A stretch of 64,000 nt of DNA from Nitrososphaerales archaeon (lineage in GTDB: Archaea; Thermoproteota; Nitrososphaeria; Nitrososphaerales; UBA213), in assembly GCA_965197925.1 (NCBI GenBank), contig CBDAOC010000020.1, forward strand, positions 128,001 through 192,000. The letters are read 5' to 3'. The notes under the pieces were generated by a model, which saw nothing but the letters and a program-made list of their open reading frames with translations, ran no database searches and had not been told where the DNA came from. A program made the position numbers and the translations under genes. Shown piece after piece: positions 23,147 to 33,731 of the stretch. The number at the start of each line of letters is the position of its first letter. Positions within the stretch are counted from its first letter, which is position 1.

Positions 23147-24124
23147 ATGAAGAAGGTTGTTTTGCTTGCAGGTGGCGGTGGACATACGGCTTATGCCTAT
23201 GCTCTTGCACAGCACCTCTATGACAGGTGTGAAATGGAGATAATAGTTCCGGAAGCCGATCAACTCAGTTTTAATCGGCTCAAGAGGTTTGGTACAGTAA
23301 AGACTCTATTAAAACCTAGAGGGCCTAAAACTCCCCTTATCCCCTTTATGGGTAGACTAGCAAGATCCTTTTTCCGTTCTTCACGTATGTTAAGAGATAG
23401 GACAGTTATGGTGAGTACTGGTAGTAACTTTTGCATACCTCCTTGCATACTTGCTTGGAAGAACGGGAATCCTATTATAAATTTAGAAAGTTCAATTAGG
23501 TTCACTAGGGCATCAAAAACAGCAAAAATACTTTCTAGAGTTGCCAAAGTAACAGCGTTACAATGGGAAGAGCAAAGGAAATTTCTGCCAAAAGGTGAGG
23601 TGTTTGGGCCTATGCTTGCAAAGCCTGAAATCCAGGCTAAGAAAGGTGAATATATACTAGTTACTGGAGGAACCTACGGCCATAAATTGTTATTTCAGGC
23701 AGTAGATTCATCAAAGATGGATAATGTGTTGCTTCAAGCTGGTGCTCTGTATACTCCGGAGTATTCAAAGAAACATCCTGGCTGGAAGGTCATAGATTAC
23801 AGTACCAACTTTCATGGGCTTATAGCAGAAGCAGAAGTTGTTGTCACGCACTTCGGTGAAACGGTAATAGATTCCGCACTTGTATATGGCAAACCTACTG
23901 TAATTTCTGTTAATCCAGAATGGACGAGAACTGTAGGATTGGATGATGCGGCTATACTTGCAATGAAAGTGAACGGAGTCTTACTCAATGAGTTCAACCC
24001 AGAGGCTTTACAAGAGGCTATAGACAAAGCTAAAAGACAGCGACCACCTAAATTAACAAGTGGAGCAGAATTACTAAGTAGCCATATACTTGACATTGCC
24101 GAAAATATGCAAGGAAAAGGCTAA
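23147..24124 (+). CDS. Fused Alg14/Alg13-like GlcNAc transferase (Agl24/MurG-like)
   Basis: LAGGGGH N-terminal motif, STGSN, NLES; second domain ILVTGGTYG. Confidence 0.7.
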   Translation: MKKVVLLAGGGGHTAYAYALAQHLYDRCEMEIIVPEADQLSFNRLKRFGTVKTLLKPRGPKTPLIPFMGRLARSFFRSSRMLRDRTVMVSTGSNFCIPPCILAWKNGNPIINLESSIRFTRASKTAKILSRVAKVTALQWEEQRKFLPKGEVFGPMLAKPEIQAKKGEYILVTGGTYGHKLLFQAVDSSKMDNVLLQAGALYTPEYSKKHPGWKVIDYSTNFHGLIAEAEVVVTHFGETVIDSALVYGKPTVISVNPEWTRTVGLDDAAILAMKVNGVLLNEFNPEALQEAIDKAKRQRPPKLTSGAELLSSHILDIAENMQGKG

Positions 24125-24152
24125 AAATGAATAGTCATAATCCCTAGTCAGT

Positions 24153-25250
24153 TTGAAATTAACATTAGTATTTGGAACGCGCCCACAAATTATCAAATGT
24201 GTTCCAGTCATAAGAGAATGTACAAGGAAAAAATTGGATATTACAATAATTAATACAGGTCAACATTATGACTTTGAATTGAGTAGGATTTTTCTCGAAG
24301 AGTTCCATTTGCCTAAGCCAAGATATAATCTTGAGATTGGTTCAGGTTCACATGGCTGGCAGACAGGTAACATCTTGATACATGTCGAGGAGACACTTAA
24401 AAAAGTCAAATCATCTGTTTGTCTTATTCCAGGTGATACTAATTCTGCTATTGCAAGTGCCCTTGCTGCAGTAAAGCTCAAGATACCTGTTGTTCACTTG
24501 GAAGCGGGTTTGAGGAGTTTCGAAGAGTTTATGCCTGAAGAGATCAACAGAAGAGCAATAGATCATTTTGCTCAGTTACTGTTTGCACCTACTCATATTG
24601 CTCAACGAAACCTTATTGCTGAGGGAATCTCTCGTAAGAAAATTGTGTTAAGTGGTGATACTATGTTTGATCTATATTTGCAGGAAAAAGACAGAATTAA
24701 TGAAGCGAAGATGCCTGAGCAAGCAACTGATCTACGTGACTACATAGTGATAACATTGCATAGACAGGAGAATACTGAACAATATAACACCCTAAAAGAA
24801 ATCCTCTCTGCAATTAGGGATTTTGGTATAACAACTGTGTTTCCAATACATCCCAGAACCAAACATAGGCTACAGCAGTTCGGTCTTTTTGGTACTGCCA
24901 AGAGAATCAAGAATTTAATCTTAATTGATCCATTGGGTTACCATGCAATGATGAAATTAATGTCTAGTTCTCTGTTTGTAATGACAGATTCCGGGGGTAT
25001 GCAAAAAGAAGCTTTTATGGAAAATGTTCCTTGTATAACGCTAAGGAAAAATACGGAATGGATAGAAACTCTAAAAATCGGGGCGAATGTACTAGTTAAT
25101 AAACTAGAAAAGAACGAAATACTCAGAATGATGAGACGAGTAAGTAACGAACGTAAATCAATTGTTAAGAAAATAAGAATGAGTAAAAATTCATATGGTG
25201 ACGGTAAGGCGGGTAGCGCAATAGTTAGGCAATTAACACAAAGGTTTTAG
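24153..25250 (+). CDS. wecB: UDP-N-acetylglucosamine 2-epimerase (non-hydrolysing)
   Basis: GTRPQIIK, TGQHYD, GDTNS, HLEAGLRS, PEEINR, TDSGGMQKEA. Confidence 0.92.
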   Translation: MKLTLVFGTRPQIIKCVPVIRECTRKKLDITIINTGQHYDFELSRIFLEEFHLPKPRYNLEIGSGSHGWQTGNILIHVEETLKKVKSSVCLIPGDTNSAIASALAAVKLKIPVVHLEAGLRSFEEFMPEEINRRAIDHFAQLLFAPTHIAQRNLIAEGISRKKIVLSGDTMFDLYLQEKDRINEAKMPEQATDLRDYIVITLHRQENTEQYNTLKEILSAIRDFGITTVFPIHPRTKHRLQQFGLFGTAKRIKNLILIDPLGYHAMMKLMSSSLFVMTDSGGMQKEAFMENVPCITLRKNTEWIETLKIGANVLVNKLEKNEILRMMRRVSNERKSIVKKIRMSKNSYGDGKAGSAIVRQLTQRF

Positions 25251-25285
25251 ATATCTAAAAGTGGGAACCTAAGTTAACCCTACTC

Positions 25286-25987
25286 TCACTGTTTTTTAGC
25301 CTTCCTTTCTATTGTCAACAATGCTTGTCTGAACAAAGTAACCATCAGCATCGCTTCCTTGGATGTCAGTAGATTCCTTCCCAAGAACCTCTTGAGTGCA
25401 ATTGCAAGTAAATTCTTCTTATGCCTTCTGTAACCAGTTGTATCTGCTAATCTCAGTGTATAATTAATTAAAAGCTCCCTTTCATGAACTGTGGCCAAAT
25501 TCCTCTTCTTCTTCAAACTATTTCTCTTTGTTTCAAATAATAATATAGCAAGGGCATGCGAAATGTTTAGTGTCTTATATGATGTGCCCGTGTCTATGTT
25601 AACTACTATATCACATGCTGATAATTCTGCATTATTCAAACCCGTTGACTCTCTTCCCAATATCAAACAAATACTCTGCCTCGAATTTACAAGGTTTTGA
25701 GCAAGCTGACCAGGACTTATAGAATCCCTTGTTACGTTTGATCTATCACTTGAAAGTATAGCTGTTGTGCCAATTAACCAATCAAACTCAAGTAGGTCAT
25801 TGAAAGTAATGGTTTTTGCCTTGTAAAGCAAATCTTTGCCATGCACTGCAAACACTACTGCCTTCTTTACATCAAATTTTGGATTCACTAATAACAGATC
25901 ATGAATTCCAAAATTCTTCATAACTCTTGCAACTTGGCCAACATTAACCTCATGTTCCGGTTCTATCATTGCTACACTCAGCTTCAT
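25286..25987 (-). CDS. SPOUT RNA methyltransferase, TrmJ/TrmH family
   Basis: NVGQVARVMKNFG, GRESTGL, LNISHA. Confidence 0.85.
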   Translation of the reverse strand: MKLSVAMIEPEHEVNVGQVARVMKNFGIHDLLLVNPKFDVKKAVVFAVHGKDLLYKAKTITFNDLLEFDWLIGTTAILSSDRSNVTRDSISPGQLAQNLVNSRQSICLILGRESTGLNNAELSACDIVVNIDTGTSYKTLNISHALAILLFETKRNSLKKKRNLATVHERELLINYTLRLADTTGYRRHKKNLLAIALKRFLGRNLLTSKEAMLMVTLFRQALLTIERKAKKQ

Positions 25988-26068
25988 AACAGCTTTTACT
26001 TAGAGGATCAATTTTAAGTTGTAACTTGGTCACTAGACTTTTAAAATAGTCTTAATGTAATTCGTATT

Positions 26069-26869
26069 GTGCAGTTGAAATTTACGAGTGTGATGAACTA
26101 TAGAGTCAGATATGCTAGGACTGGACGTGGCACTAACGAAGTGTTACTCATACACGGATTAGGCGGATCCGCATTAAGTTGGACATATAACTTGCGTGAA
26201 CTTTCAAAACATTTTCAGGTATTTGCACCTGATTTGATCGGCTTTGGAAAAAGTGATAGACCGAAGATCAGATATGATATGAAAATGTTTTTAAAATTTG
26301 TTAAAAGGTTTATGGATCGTGTTGGGATCAAGAAAGCTAATATCGTAGGATCATCAATGGGAGGGCAGATTGCTGCGGAATTTGCTTTGTCATATCCATC
26401 AAGAGTACAAAAACTTGTACTTGTGAGTCCTGCTGGCATACCACCAAGAGAGTTCAAAGGTACCGGTGAATTAAAGAGATATGCTAAGATTCTTGATGCA
26501 AAGAGTTTTGATGAGACGAGGAAGGCTCTCACGCCTGTAGATTCAAGTGGTATTTCCATTACCGATGATTATGTTAGCAGTGTTTACGATTATGTCAGAA
26601 GTCCAGGAGTAAAACATGCATTCCTTTCTTCACTACAAGGAAGTGCTAAAGCACCAAGGCTTGCAAGTAGACTAAAATCAATCAAGGTAAAAACGCTTGT
26701 AGTTTGGGGTAAGAATGATAATCTGATTCCAGTGAAGTACTGCGAACCTTTCATTTCAAGAGCTGATAACTTTAGACTGTTGCTAATAGAAAGATGTGGA
26801 CACAGACCACATGCTGAAAGACCTGATATATTCAATAGTGCCGTAATAGACTTTCTAAAAGAGAATTAA
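26069..26869 (+). CDS. Alpha/beta hydrolase
   Basis: HGLGG, DLIGFGKS, GSSMGG, CGHRPH. Confidence 0.9.
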   Translation: MQLKFTSVMNYRVRYARTGRGTNEVLLIHGLGGSALSWTYNLRELSKHFQVFAPDLIGFGKSDRPKIRYDMKMFLKFVKRFMDRVGIKKANIVGSSMGGQIAAEFALSYPSRVQKLVLVSPAGIPPREFKGTGELKRYAKILDAKSFDETRKALTPVDSSGISITDDYVSSVYDYVRSPGVKHAFLSSLQGSAKAPRLASRLKSIKVKTLVVWGKNDNLIPVKYCEPFISRADNFRLLLIERCGHRPHAERPDIFNSAVIDFLKEN

Positions 26870-26879
26870 GGTGTTAAGT

Positions 26880-28568
26880 TTACACACCAGTAAGGCTTGT
26901 GCCTATTTCCATTGACTCATGCATCTCACTCATTGCACAACCAAATTCTGATTGTGTCTTCCCCCTTCTGAGCAAGCCCCTGTACAATCCTTCCTCTAAT
27001 TTTTCTCCATGCGCATTCTCCCATTCCTCTACTCCATAACCATATTTTTTCTGTATTCTATCCCTATACCATTCCGGTATGACGTTAAATGCACAGAACG
27101 GTATTATTCTCATATCTGGAGTCAAATAGTGAATATCGCACCTTTGTAACCTTTCGAGATCTTCATTGTATTTGTCTTGGAAATGCATCATACCAAGGAA
27201 TAGGCTCCTGCCATGCCATGAACCAACTGAATCAAAACTCCTCTTCATCAGTATACTAGCAAACATCTTCGCAAGATCCAACCCCCTTGGTTGCCTACTC
27301 CTGTCAACAAATGAATTTAGTTTTCTCACAACTTCCAACATCGTAAGGTATCTGTTCCTACCAGATTTAATTTCATCTGATTTTTCTTCAAAGTATTCCA
27401 GCAATCCCTTGATATCTACGAAGGATGTGAGTGGGACAAGTCTCCTTGTTTCAGCGTCCTCAAACACATACGTTCCTGCTCCACACGCAAAGTGTATGCT
27501 TAACTCATATTTCGGACTCTTGCTAAATTGCTCGACTACATTTGTGAGTGGCATACAGCTCGGGACAGGGAACCACGTATCCTCTGGAATTTCACCATTT
27601 GTTTGCTCCTCAATCCTCTTTATGCAATCTGGTATAGTAATTCTATACTTCTCTCGCTCCTTCTTTGTCATCCTTCCAGTCAATGACACTGGTTGGAAGT
27701 TAACGGCGTGAACAACATCAAGGTGTTTCTGCGCATATCTTATAATTCCACCCAGTTCATGGTCATTTATCGATTTAATTACTGTTGGAACGAAAACAAT
27801 ATTCATTCCATTCTTCCTTGAATTTTCTAATGTATAAGGTACTTCCCAATGATTCTTTGGGTTTGTTCTTGGTGTAACACCATCAAAACTCAAGTACAGA
27901 TTACTTACACCAGCTTCCCTGATCTGTCTCATAAGATCAGGATCAACTGCCAATCGTATTCCATTGGTATTCATCTGTATGTGATCTATTCCTTCCTCCT
28001 TCAAAATTTTTACAACATCAAATATATTTTCTCTTAGCATTGGCTCTCCGCCAGTGATCTGTAATGAATTACCTGGAATTGGCCTTTCAGCCTTTAATGT
28101 CTTGGCCATTGCTCTTACCTGCTCTAATGATGGCTCATAAAGGTAAGCACCTTCAAGACCCTTCTTTACATAGAAAAAGCAATACCAACAAGTCAGATCA
28201 CATCTGTTTGTAATTATAATGTTAGCCAAACCAGAGTGACTCAAGTGATTTGTACACAAGCCACAATTCATTGGGCATGAACATTTGTCAATCATAACAT
28301 TCGGCGCTTGTGCACCCTTGCCATCCATCCAGTAGGTGCTGAATTTCTGGTACATTTCATAAGAACCAAAGTAAAGTTCCTCACACTCACCATGGGTTGG
28401 GCATGTTTTTGTCATGTAAACTTTATCATCGCGCTCAAACACCTCAGCATCCAAAATCATGTTGCAATCTGGACAGATGCTTTGAGTATACCGTATTGTC
28501 TTGCGTTCTTCCTTCTTTTTAGAAATCGTAGACGTAATTTGAATTAGATCCATCCTAGCTCCACACAA
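26880..28568 (-). CDS. tes: Tetraether synthase (GDGT macrocyclase), radical SAM
   Basis: N-terminal SICPDC...KTCPTHG; CPMNCGLC..H; radical SAM motif CDLTCWYC; C-terminal RC.IHY...IIPFC. Confidence 0.85.
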   Translation of the reverse strand: MCGARMDLIQITSTISKKKEERKTIRYTQSICPDCNMILDAEVFERDDKVYMTKTCPTHGECEELYFGSYEMYQKFSTYWMDGKGAQAPNVMIDKCSCPMNCGLCTNHLSHSGLANIIITNRCDLTCWYCFFYVKKGLEGAYLYEPSLEQVRAMAKTLKAERPIPGNSLQITGGEPMLRENIFDVVKILKEEGIDHIQMNTNGIRLAVDPDLMRQIREAGVSNLYLSFDGVTPRTNPKNHWEVPYTLENSRKNGMNIVFVPTVIKSINDHELGGIIRYAQKHLDVVHAVNFQPVSLTGRMTKKEREKYRITIPDCIKRIEEQTNGEIPEDTWFPVPSCMPLTNVVEQFSKSPKYELSIHFACGAGTYVFEDAETRRLVPLTSFVDIKGLLEYFEEKSDEIKSGRNRYLTMLEVVRKLNSFVDRSRQPRGLDLAKMFASILMKRSFDSVGSWHGRSLFLGMMHFQDKYNEDLERLQRCDIHYLTPDMRIIPFCAFNVIPEWYRDRIQKKYGYGVEEWENAHGEKLEEGLYRGLLRRGKTQSEFGCAMSEMHESMEIGTSLTGV

Positions 28569-28838
28569 TTCAGAAAGCTTGATTTTTAGAATATAAGTTT
28601 ATTCGATGAAAACATACGGTGAATAGTAGGATTTTGCACATAGGAAAATGAAGGAAGTTACAACCCATATACATTCCAACAAAGAATGACAGCTGTATCG
28701 CTAGCAATTTACCAATATTGGATTTACCAAGTATCCTCATAGAAATTGAGAATGTTAGATCATAAGATTATTTGCTTTGATCATTAATGCAGAAAAGTTG
28801 ATTACACATATTAATACCAAAGAGAGGATTAACTAACT

Positions 28839-29600
28839 ATGCTTAGTGACAAGGCCCATAGGGCCATGGAGAGTCTAGGCTTAACAAACTACGAAATTAA
28901 GGTCTATATTTCTCTTATTAATGAAGGTATTATGACAGCGCAGGAATTGAGTAAAAAATCAGCAGTGCCCTATAGCAAGATTTATGAGGTTGTCAGAAGG
29001 TTGGGAGATAAAGGATGGATTGATTCAGATAGTTCTAGACCTACAAGATTCTACCCAAAATCACCAACTACAGCACTTGAAGCTATGCGAATGCGTATTG
29101 AACACCAAGTTAAAGAGCATGAAAGCATTTTGATCCAAGAACTGACATCGACATATGAAAGGAGTGGTGTTAAGGAAATGCCTGAGATTTGGGTTCTTAG
29201 GGGACTGTACAATATAGCTGCTAAGGTCAAGGAAATAATGCAGAATTGTGAAAAGGAGCTTTTGCTGGCATTACCAGCAGTAGCGGAAAGTGTTACAAAG
29301 CCATTACAGCCAACAATCAGAACGTTGTATGAAAAAGGCGTGAAGATAACGGTACTTGCATCGGAAAATGCTACCGCTGATTCTGTGAAAGCGCTATGTA
29401 GAATAGGAGAAGTGAGGGTCAAGAATAGTATGTTTGGGGGAGGAGTCATAAGTGATGGAAGTCAAGTTATTATGCTTTTGGGGTCAGAAAAGAGCGGTAG
29501 TACCCACGAACCTTTGGCCATATGGGCGGAGCACATAGGATTGGCGAACTTTGCAAAAGAATACTTTGAGTACTTGTGGAAAGATGCTAAATCTGTGTAA
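28839..29600 (+). CDS. TrmB-family transcriptional regulator
   Basis: LGLTNYEIKVY, VPYSKIYEV..L..KGW. Confidence 0.88.
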   Translation: MLSDKAHRAMESLGLTNYEIKVYISLINEGIMTAQELSKKSAVPYSKIYEVVRRLGDKGWIDSDSSRPTRFYPKSPTTALEAMRMRIEHQVKEHESILIQELTSTYERSGVKEMPEIWVLRGLYNIAAKVKEIMQNCEKELLLALPAVAESVTKPLQPTIRTLYEKGVKITVLASENATADSVKALCRIGEVRVKNSMFGGGVISDGSQVIMLLGSEKSGSTHEPLAIWAEHIGLANFAKEYFEYLWKDAKSV

Positions 29601-29647
29601 ATACAGGTATATTTAATTAAGTATATCCTCAATCTAAATCGAGAGAA

Positions 29648-30118
29648 ATGGGTAACGCCAACGGTGAAATACTTTTTGTTGGTACGGCCGAATCTGAGCA
29701 TGTTGAAATGTATCTCAAGGCCATATGGTGGATCAGGGAACGGACGGTAGGGATCAGGGTCAGTTCTATCGCAAGGATCTTAAATGTCACACAACCTAGT
29801 GTTGTTCAAATGCTCAAAAAACTTGATGAGATGAATTTGGTTACATACAATAAGACTGGTGTATATCTTACAACTGAAGGTGAAAGAATAGGTAAAGTGA
29901 TGATTAGAAATTGTAGGTTATTGGAAGTTATGATGTTGAACGCATTGAAGATTGAAATTGATGAAGAAATGGTGTGTGGAATAGAGCATCACATGAATAA
30001 GAAATTTACAGATGCTTTATGCACTTTGCTTAAACATCCAAGGATTTGTCCACATGATCATGAAATACCTGAGGGCAGTTGTTGCAGGAATAAAAAAGAA
30101 ATGGAATTCTTTTCATAA
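29648..30118 (+). CDS. DtxR/MntR-family metal-dependent regulator
   Basis: EMYLKAI, V..PSV..MLKKL, IEHH, CPHDHEIP. Confidence 0.88.
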   Translation: MGNANGEILFVGTAESEHVEMYLKAIWWIRERTVGIRVSSIARILNVTQPSVVQMLKKLDEMNLVTYNKTGVYLTTEGERIGKVMIRNCRLLEVMMLNALKIEIDEEMVCGIEHHMNKKFTDALCTLLKHPRICPHDHEIPEGSCCRNKKEMEFFS

Positions 30119-30147
30119 TTCCTTTCTTCAACCTATGCATCATCAAA

Positions 30148-30717
30148 CTATCTTATTTTACCCATTACATTTAGTCTAAAATCTACTATGTCATTAGGAT
30201 CCAGCAGAACTATGTTACCGTCATCCTCTATTATGATACTTCCCTTTTTCTTGTCACTTGGATAAGCCTTGATCGATGAACCATCACTTCGAGTAAAGTT
30301 ATAACTAACGCCTGCAGAAGCCCTGTCTATAGCCATTAGAAATTCTTTAGCATCATCGCTATTTGGTATTTTAATACCTTCTTCATCAGACTGTGCGATT
30401 TTACGAATTACATTCAACCTAAGATCTGCCGCATCGCCAGGACTCAATCGAACCCAGTTACCTGCAGCTCTCTCTATTACTATACTTCCCTTCTTCTTGT
30501 CACTTGGATAAGCCTTGATCGATGAACCATCACTTCGAGTAAAGTTATAACTAACGCCTGCAGAAGCCCTGTCTATAGCCATTAGAAAGTCCATGACATC
30601 ATTTCCGCCGTGCATTACAACACCAGCTCTACTTCCCCTCGTAAGACCACCTGTACTCCCAGCATCACTTGACTTGATAATCCAACCTCCTTTATCTTTT
30701 ACAAGATCAGCGGTCAT
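30148..30717 (-). CDS. Hypothetical protein built from two ~82-aa repeats
   Basis: FLMAIDRASAGVSYNFTRSDGSSIKAYPSDKKKGSI occurs twice, 246 nt apart. Confidence 0.75.
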   Translation of the reverse strand: MTADLVKDKGGWIIKSSDAGSTGGLTRGSRAGVVMHGGNDVMDFLMAIDRASAGVSYNFTRSDGSSIKAYPSDKKKGSIVIERAAGNWVRLSPGDAADLRLNVIRKIAQSDEEGIKIPNSDDAKEFLMAIDRASAGVSYNFTRSDGSSIKAYPSDKKKGSIIIEDDGNIVLLDPNDIVDFRLNVMGKIR

Positions 30718-30804
30718 ACCATTGCTAAATTAGGACTCAAGTTATAAGGTTTTTGGGAACTACGCTATGTCGAATAATTAACCAGAAGAACTTGAATATT
30801 TGAT

Positions 30805-30923
30805 AGTTATTATAAATGAGATTATGATCAGTTATTATAAATGAGATTATGATCAGTTATTATAAATGAGATTATGATCAGTTATTATAAATGAGATTAT
30901 GATCAGTTATTATAAATGAGATT
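30805..30923. repeat. 25-bp perfect tandem repeat (agttattataaatgagattatgatc), about 4.7 copies
   Basis: Units start at 30805, 30830, 30855, 30880 and 30905. Confidence 0.95.
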
Positions 30924-30924
30924 C

Positions 30925-31790
30925 ATGCCTGATATGAACAGGAAAGGATACAATGTACTGATAAGAAGAGGAGAGATACTTCTTGATATGGATTTTATAG
31001 ATTCATGGCCTGTCGAATTAGCAAGAATTAATGAAGGTAAGGTAGGTAAGCCATTCGTGTATCCAGAATCATTTCTAGAGATGCTTTTCTGTTGTGCATG
31101 ATTACCTGCTGCTATAAAGCAGTTAGAAGGATTCACAAGGGTGAAATAAGTAAACATGTAAGGGGATTGAATACACTTGACTTCAGAAGCATAACGTGGA
31201 GGGTAGTGAAGATGGACATTAAGATAGACCCATCAATTATGAAGGAGGAAGTTATTGTAATAGCTGCAGATGCCTCTGGCATAAGGGTAGCAAACAGGGG
31301 AGAATTGTTAAGGAGGAAGTGGTATAAGGGGATTCATCAAGATGCATATAGCTGTGGATAAGGAAAGCAAAGAGTAGTTGTAATGAGGGAAACTAAGCAT
31401 GTACATAAGGGTAAGAAGATGATACCTATGATAAAAAAAAAAAGTGTTGAAGAAGATATTGTGACCAAAGTGATAGCAGATGTAGCTTATAATTCTATAA
31501 GGAACTTCAGCCTTCCCGATAACTGTATTGAACCAGTGATAAGGGGAAGGAGTAATGCATTGATAAAGGCAAAGGGAATGTATGTCAAGGAAGCTATCAG
31601 TAATAGAGCAGAAGGAGGGTCTAGATGCAAGAAGTAAAATTAAGAATATGGCCGCAGATGGAGGGCAGAATCGGTTTTCTCTGCTTTCAAGTGTATCTTT
31701 GGTGAAGATGTGAAAGTAGTCAAGGGAAAAATATGGTGAAGGAACTGTTGCTACAAGCATTCCATATACAACATGTTCATTGCAATAAAT
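30925..31790 (+). mobile_element. Degenerate IS5-family (IS903-like) transposase
   Basis: YN.LIRRGEILLD, GKPFVYPESF, AADASGIRV, ADVAYNS, ESVFSAFK.IFGE; many frameshifts; ends not identified. Confidence 0.75.
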
Positions 31791-32453
31791 CCAAAAGGGG
31801 TTGGATAACTGTTATAATAACGTAATTTTTTGACATAGCAGGGATCTACAATACTTTTCACACACATTCATTTTATACCTCATATTATATCGCATGAACA
31901 AACACACCTTGCTTTGAAATAATTGAATTTAATATTAAGAAGATGTAAAACCCTTTCCTTGTTGAAGAATCAATATAATATTAATTATTCAAATCCTCCT
32001 CTTAGATTTTATATTTTGTTAGGGCTTGAAAAATAGCTGAAATTTGGAGGGGCTCACAATTCATTAAAGGTACTAAATTTGTATACTATTTTCCATAATA
32101 GAACAGCATTTAGGATATCATGAATTTTTTCCTGGCAAAGACCAGCTAGAGAGAGCAATACAAATAGATTCCAATAAAGACGTAGCGTGAAGAATATCAC
32201 GGCGTTAAAAAAATATGAACTAATAGTAGATAATGGCTTACTTGGTTAAAGTGAAATGTGTTTTAATATATCCAAGAAATTAGGGAATTCAGTTTAGAAA
32301 AGCAATTTTTACTTCTATATTCTAGATACTACTCGGACAAACTATGAAGACTCTAGCCCTACTGATTTGATGAAGACGATCTTGAGTACGGAGTTTGTCC
32401 ACATCCATAAACTTCATAAACTTGATAAGTGACTCCTGTGTTTTTACCTACTA

Positions 32454-32939
32454 TTGGTTGTCATACAAACTAGCGCTAGATTGGAAAGTTTCAGGAGATA
32501 TGTGATCTTCAGTACATGCCGTTCATTCATGCCTGAAAGTTATCTCGAGGATCCTGAAGTCTTCCCCGAGCGTGAACAAGCTCCAGGGACAATTTATCTA
32601 GAAGCTGCCGATAAAGTCACACTCAAAAAAATCAGAGAAATAATTTTTGTAAATGCGAAAGACATACTTGGTATAATTTATTCATCAAAGAGTGGAAACA
32701 CAAAATTGAAGTGGAGGCAGATCAGACGGGGGATGGGTAAAGTTACAGGGGAGGCATCTGTCAATTCATTGGTAAATTTGGTAGAGGCCGGTGTAATAAC
32801 AAGAGAGTGGACTGACAATTACCTGCGCAGAACAAGAGATAGTGACATGGATAGATCTTCTGAATATATTTCACAAGGTTCAACCATTCAACAGATCCCT
32901 GACCAGACAGATGTTTCTGATGGATCCCTTATCTCTTAG
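32454..32939 (+). CDS. Hypothetical protein
   Basis: Protein-like 161-aa ORF; no family assigned. Confidence 0.65.
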   Translation: MVVIQTSARLESFRRYVIFSTCRSFMPESYLEDPEVFPEREQAPGTIYLEAADKVTLKKIREIIFVNAKDILGIIYSSKSGNTKLKWRQIRRGMGKVTGEASVNSLVNLVEAGVITREWTDNYLRRTRDSDMDRSSEYISQGSTIQQIPDQTDVSDGSLIS

Positions 32940-33099
32940 CTTCTTACAAACTATTTTTTATCTATTAAATTTTGGATAGATTTACTAAATACTTTCCTAG
33001 CTGCTGAAGTTCATTAAGAATATCTTATGAAGAATTTATTTACTTAAACACAATTACATATTTACTCATATATTCCTTCTAATACTCGAACTGATAAAT

Positions 33100-33605
33100 A
33101 TTGTAGAGAGCTTGATGTAACTATTCCATATTATTGCTACATTAGCATAATAAGATGAAGTATTACTGGATTTAAATCCCGATACATCTAACCAACGAAC
33201 ATTTTCCTTACCTTCGTAAGAGGGGTGAATGAACTGATTATGCTGCGTAGCAGTATATCCTTCATCATTAAAGCGAATTTCTGTTACTGTGTAATAGGAT
33301 ACCCTATCTGATTGTTGGGATATCCTCTGGTATTATACGTCATGCAGCCATTCCATAAACCTCCTGTAGCTCTTCCCCTTGTACTGCCTTAATGTTAGAA
33401 TGATCTTTTGCATGCCATACAGGGTAGATGTGATTGCTCTTCCAGTGCATGTAGAGGCATTCTGGCCTCCATCAACACATTCAACAATGTTTTGGCAAGT
33501 TTGACATATCTAGACTCTTTCATGATAAGTATGGAGGGATCTAACAGTTTATCTGATGATGCAATTCTGTATACAATGGGTTAAAATCTGTGGTTTTACA
33601 GAGCC
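33100..33605 (-). mobile_element. Left part of a degenerate archaeal IS5-family element
   Basis: MKESRYVKLAKTLLNVL...KSNHIY, LRQYKGKSYRRFMEWL and DVSGFK fragments; end ggctctgtaaaacc at 33605. Confidence 0.7.
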
Positions 33606-33731
33606 ATATGATTAATATATTCAATAATATTGAAACTTTCCATGTGACACTCCTGCTCTTTAATCACCTAAAGTTGTATTTATTATACTCTCTTTGTTTT
33701 AGTGAATGGCTAAATTATTCAGATACAAAAG

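Noticed and set aside
27166..27711. Long antisense ORFs (this one, 45427-46077, 49061-49777 and similar)
   Set aside because: Shadows of well-supported genes on the opposite strand
30805..30923. Possible CRISPR array
   Set aside because: Contiguous identical units with no spacers
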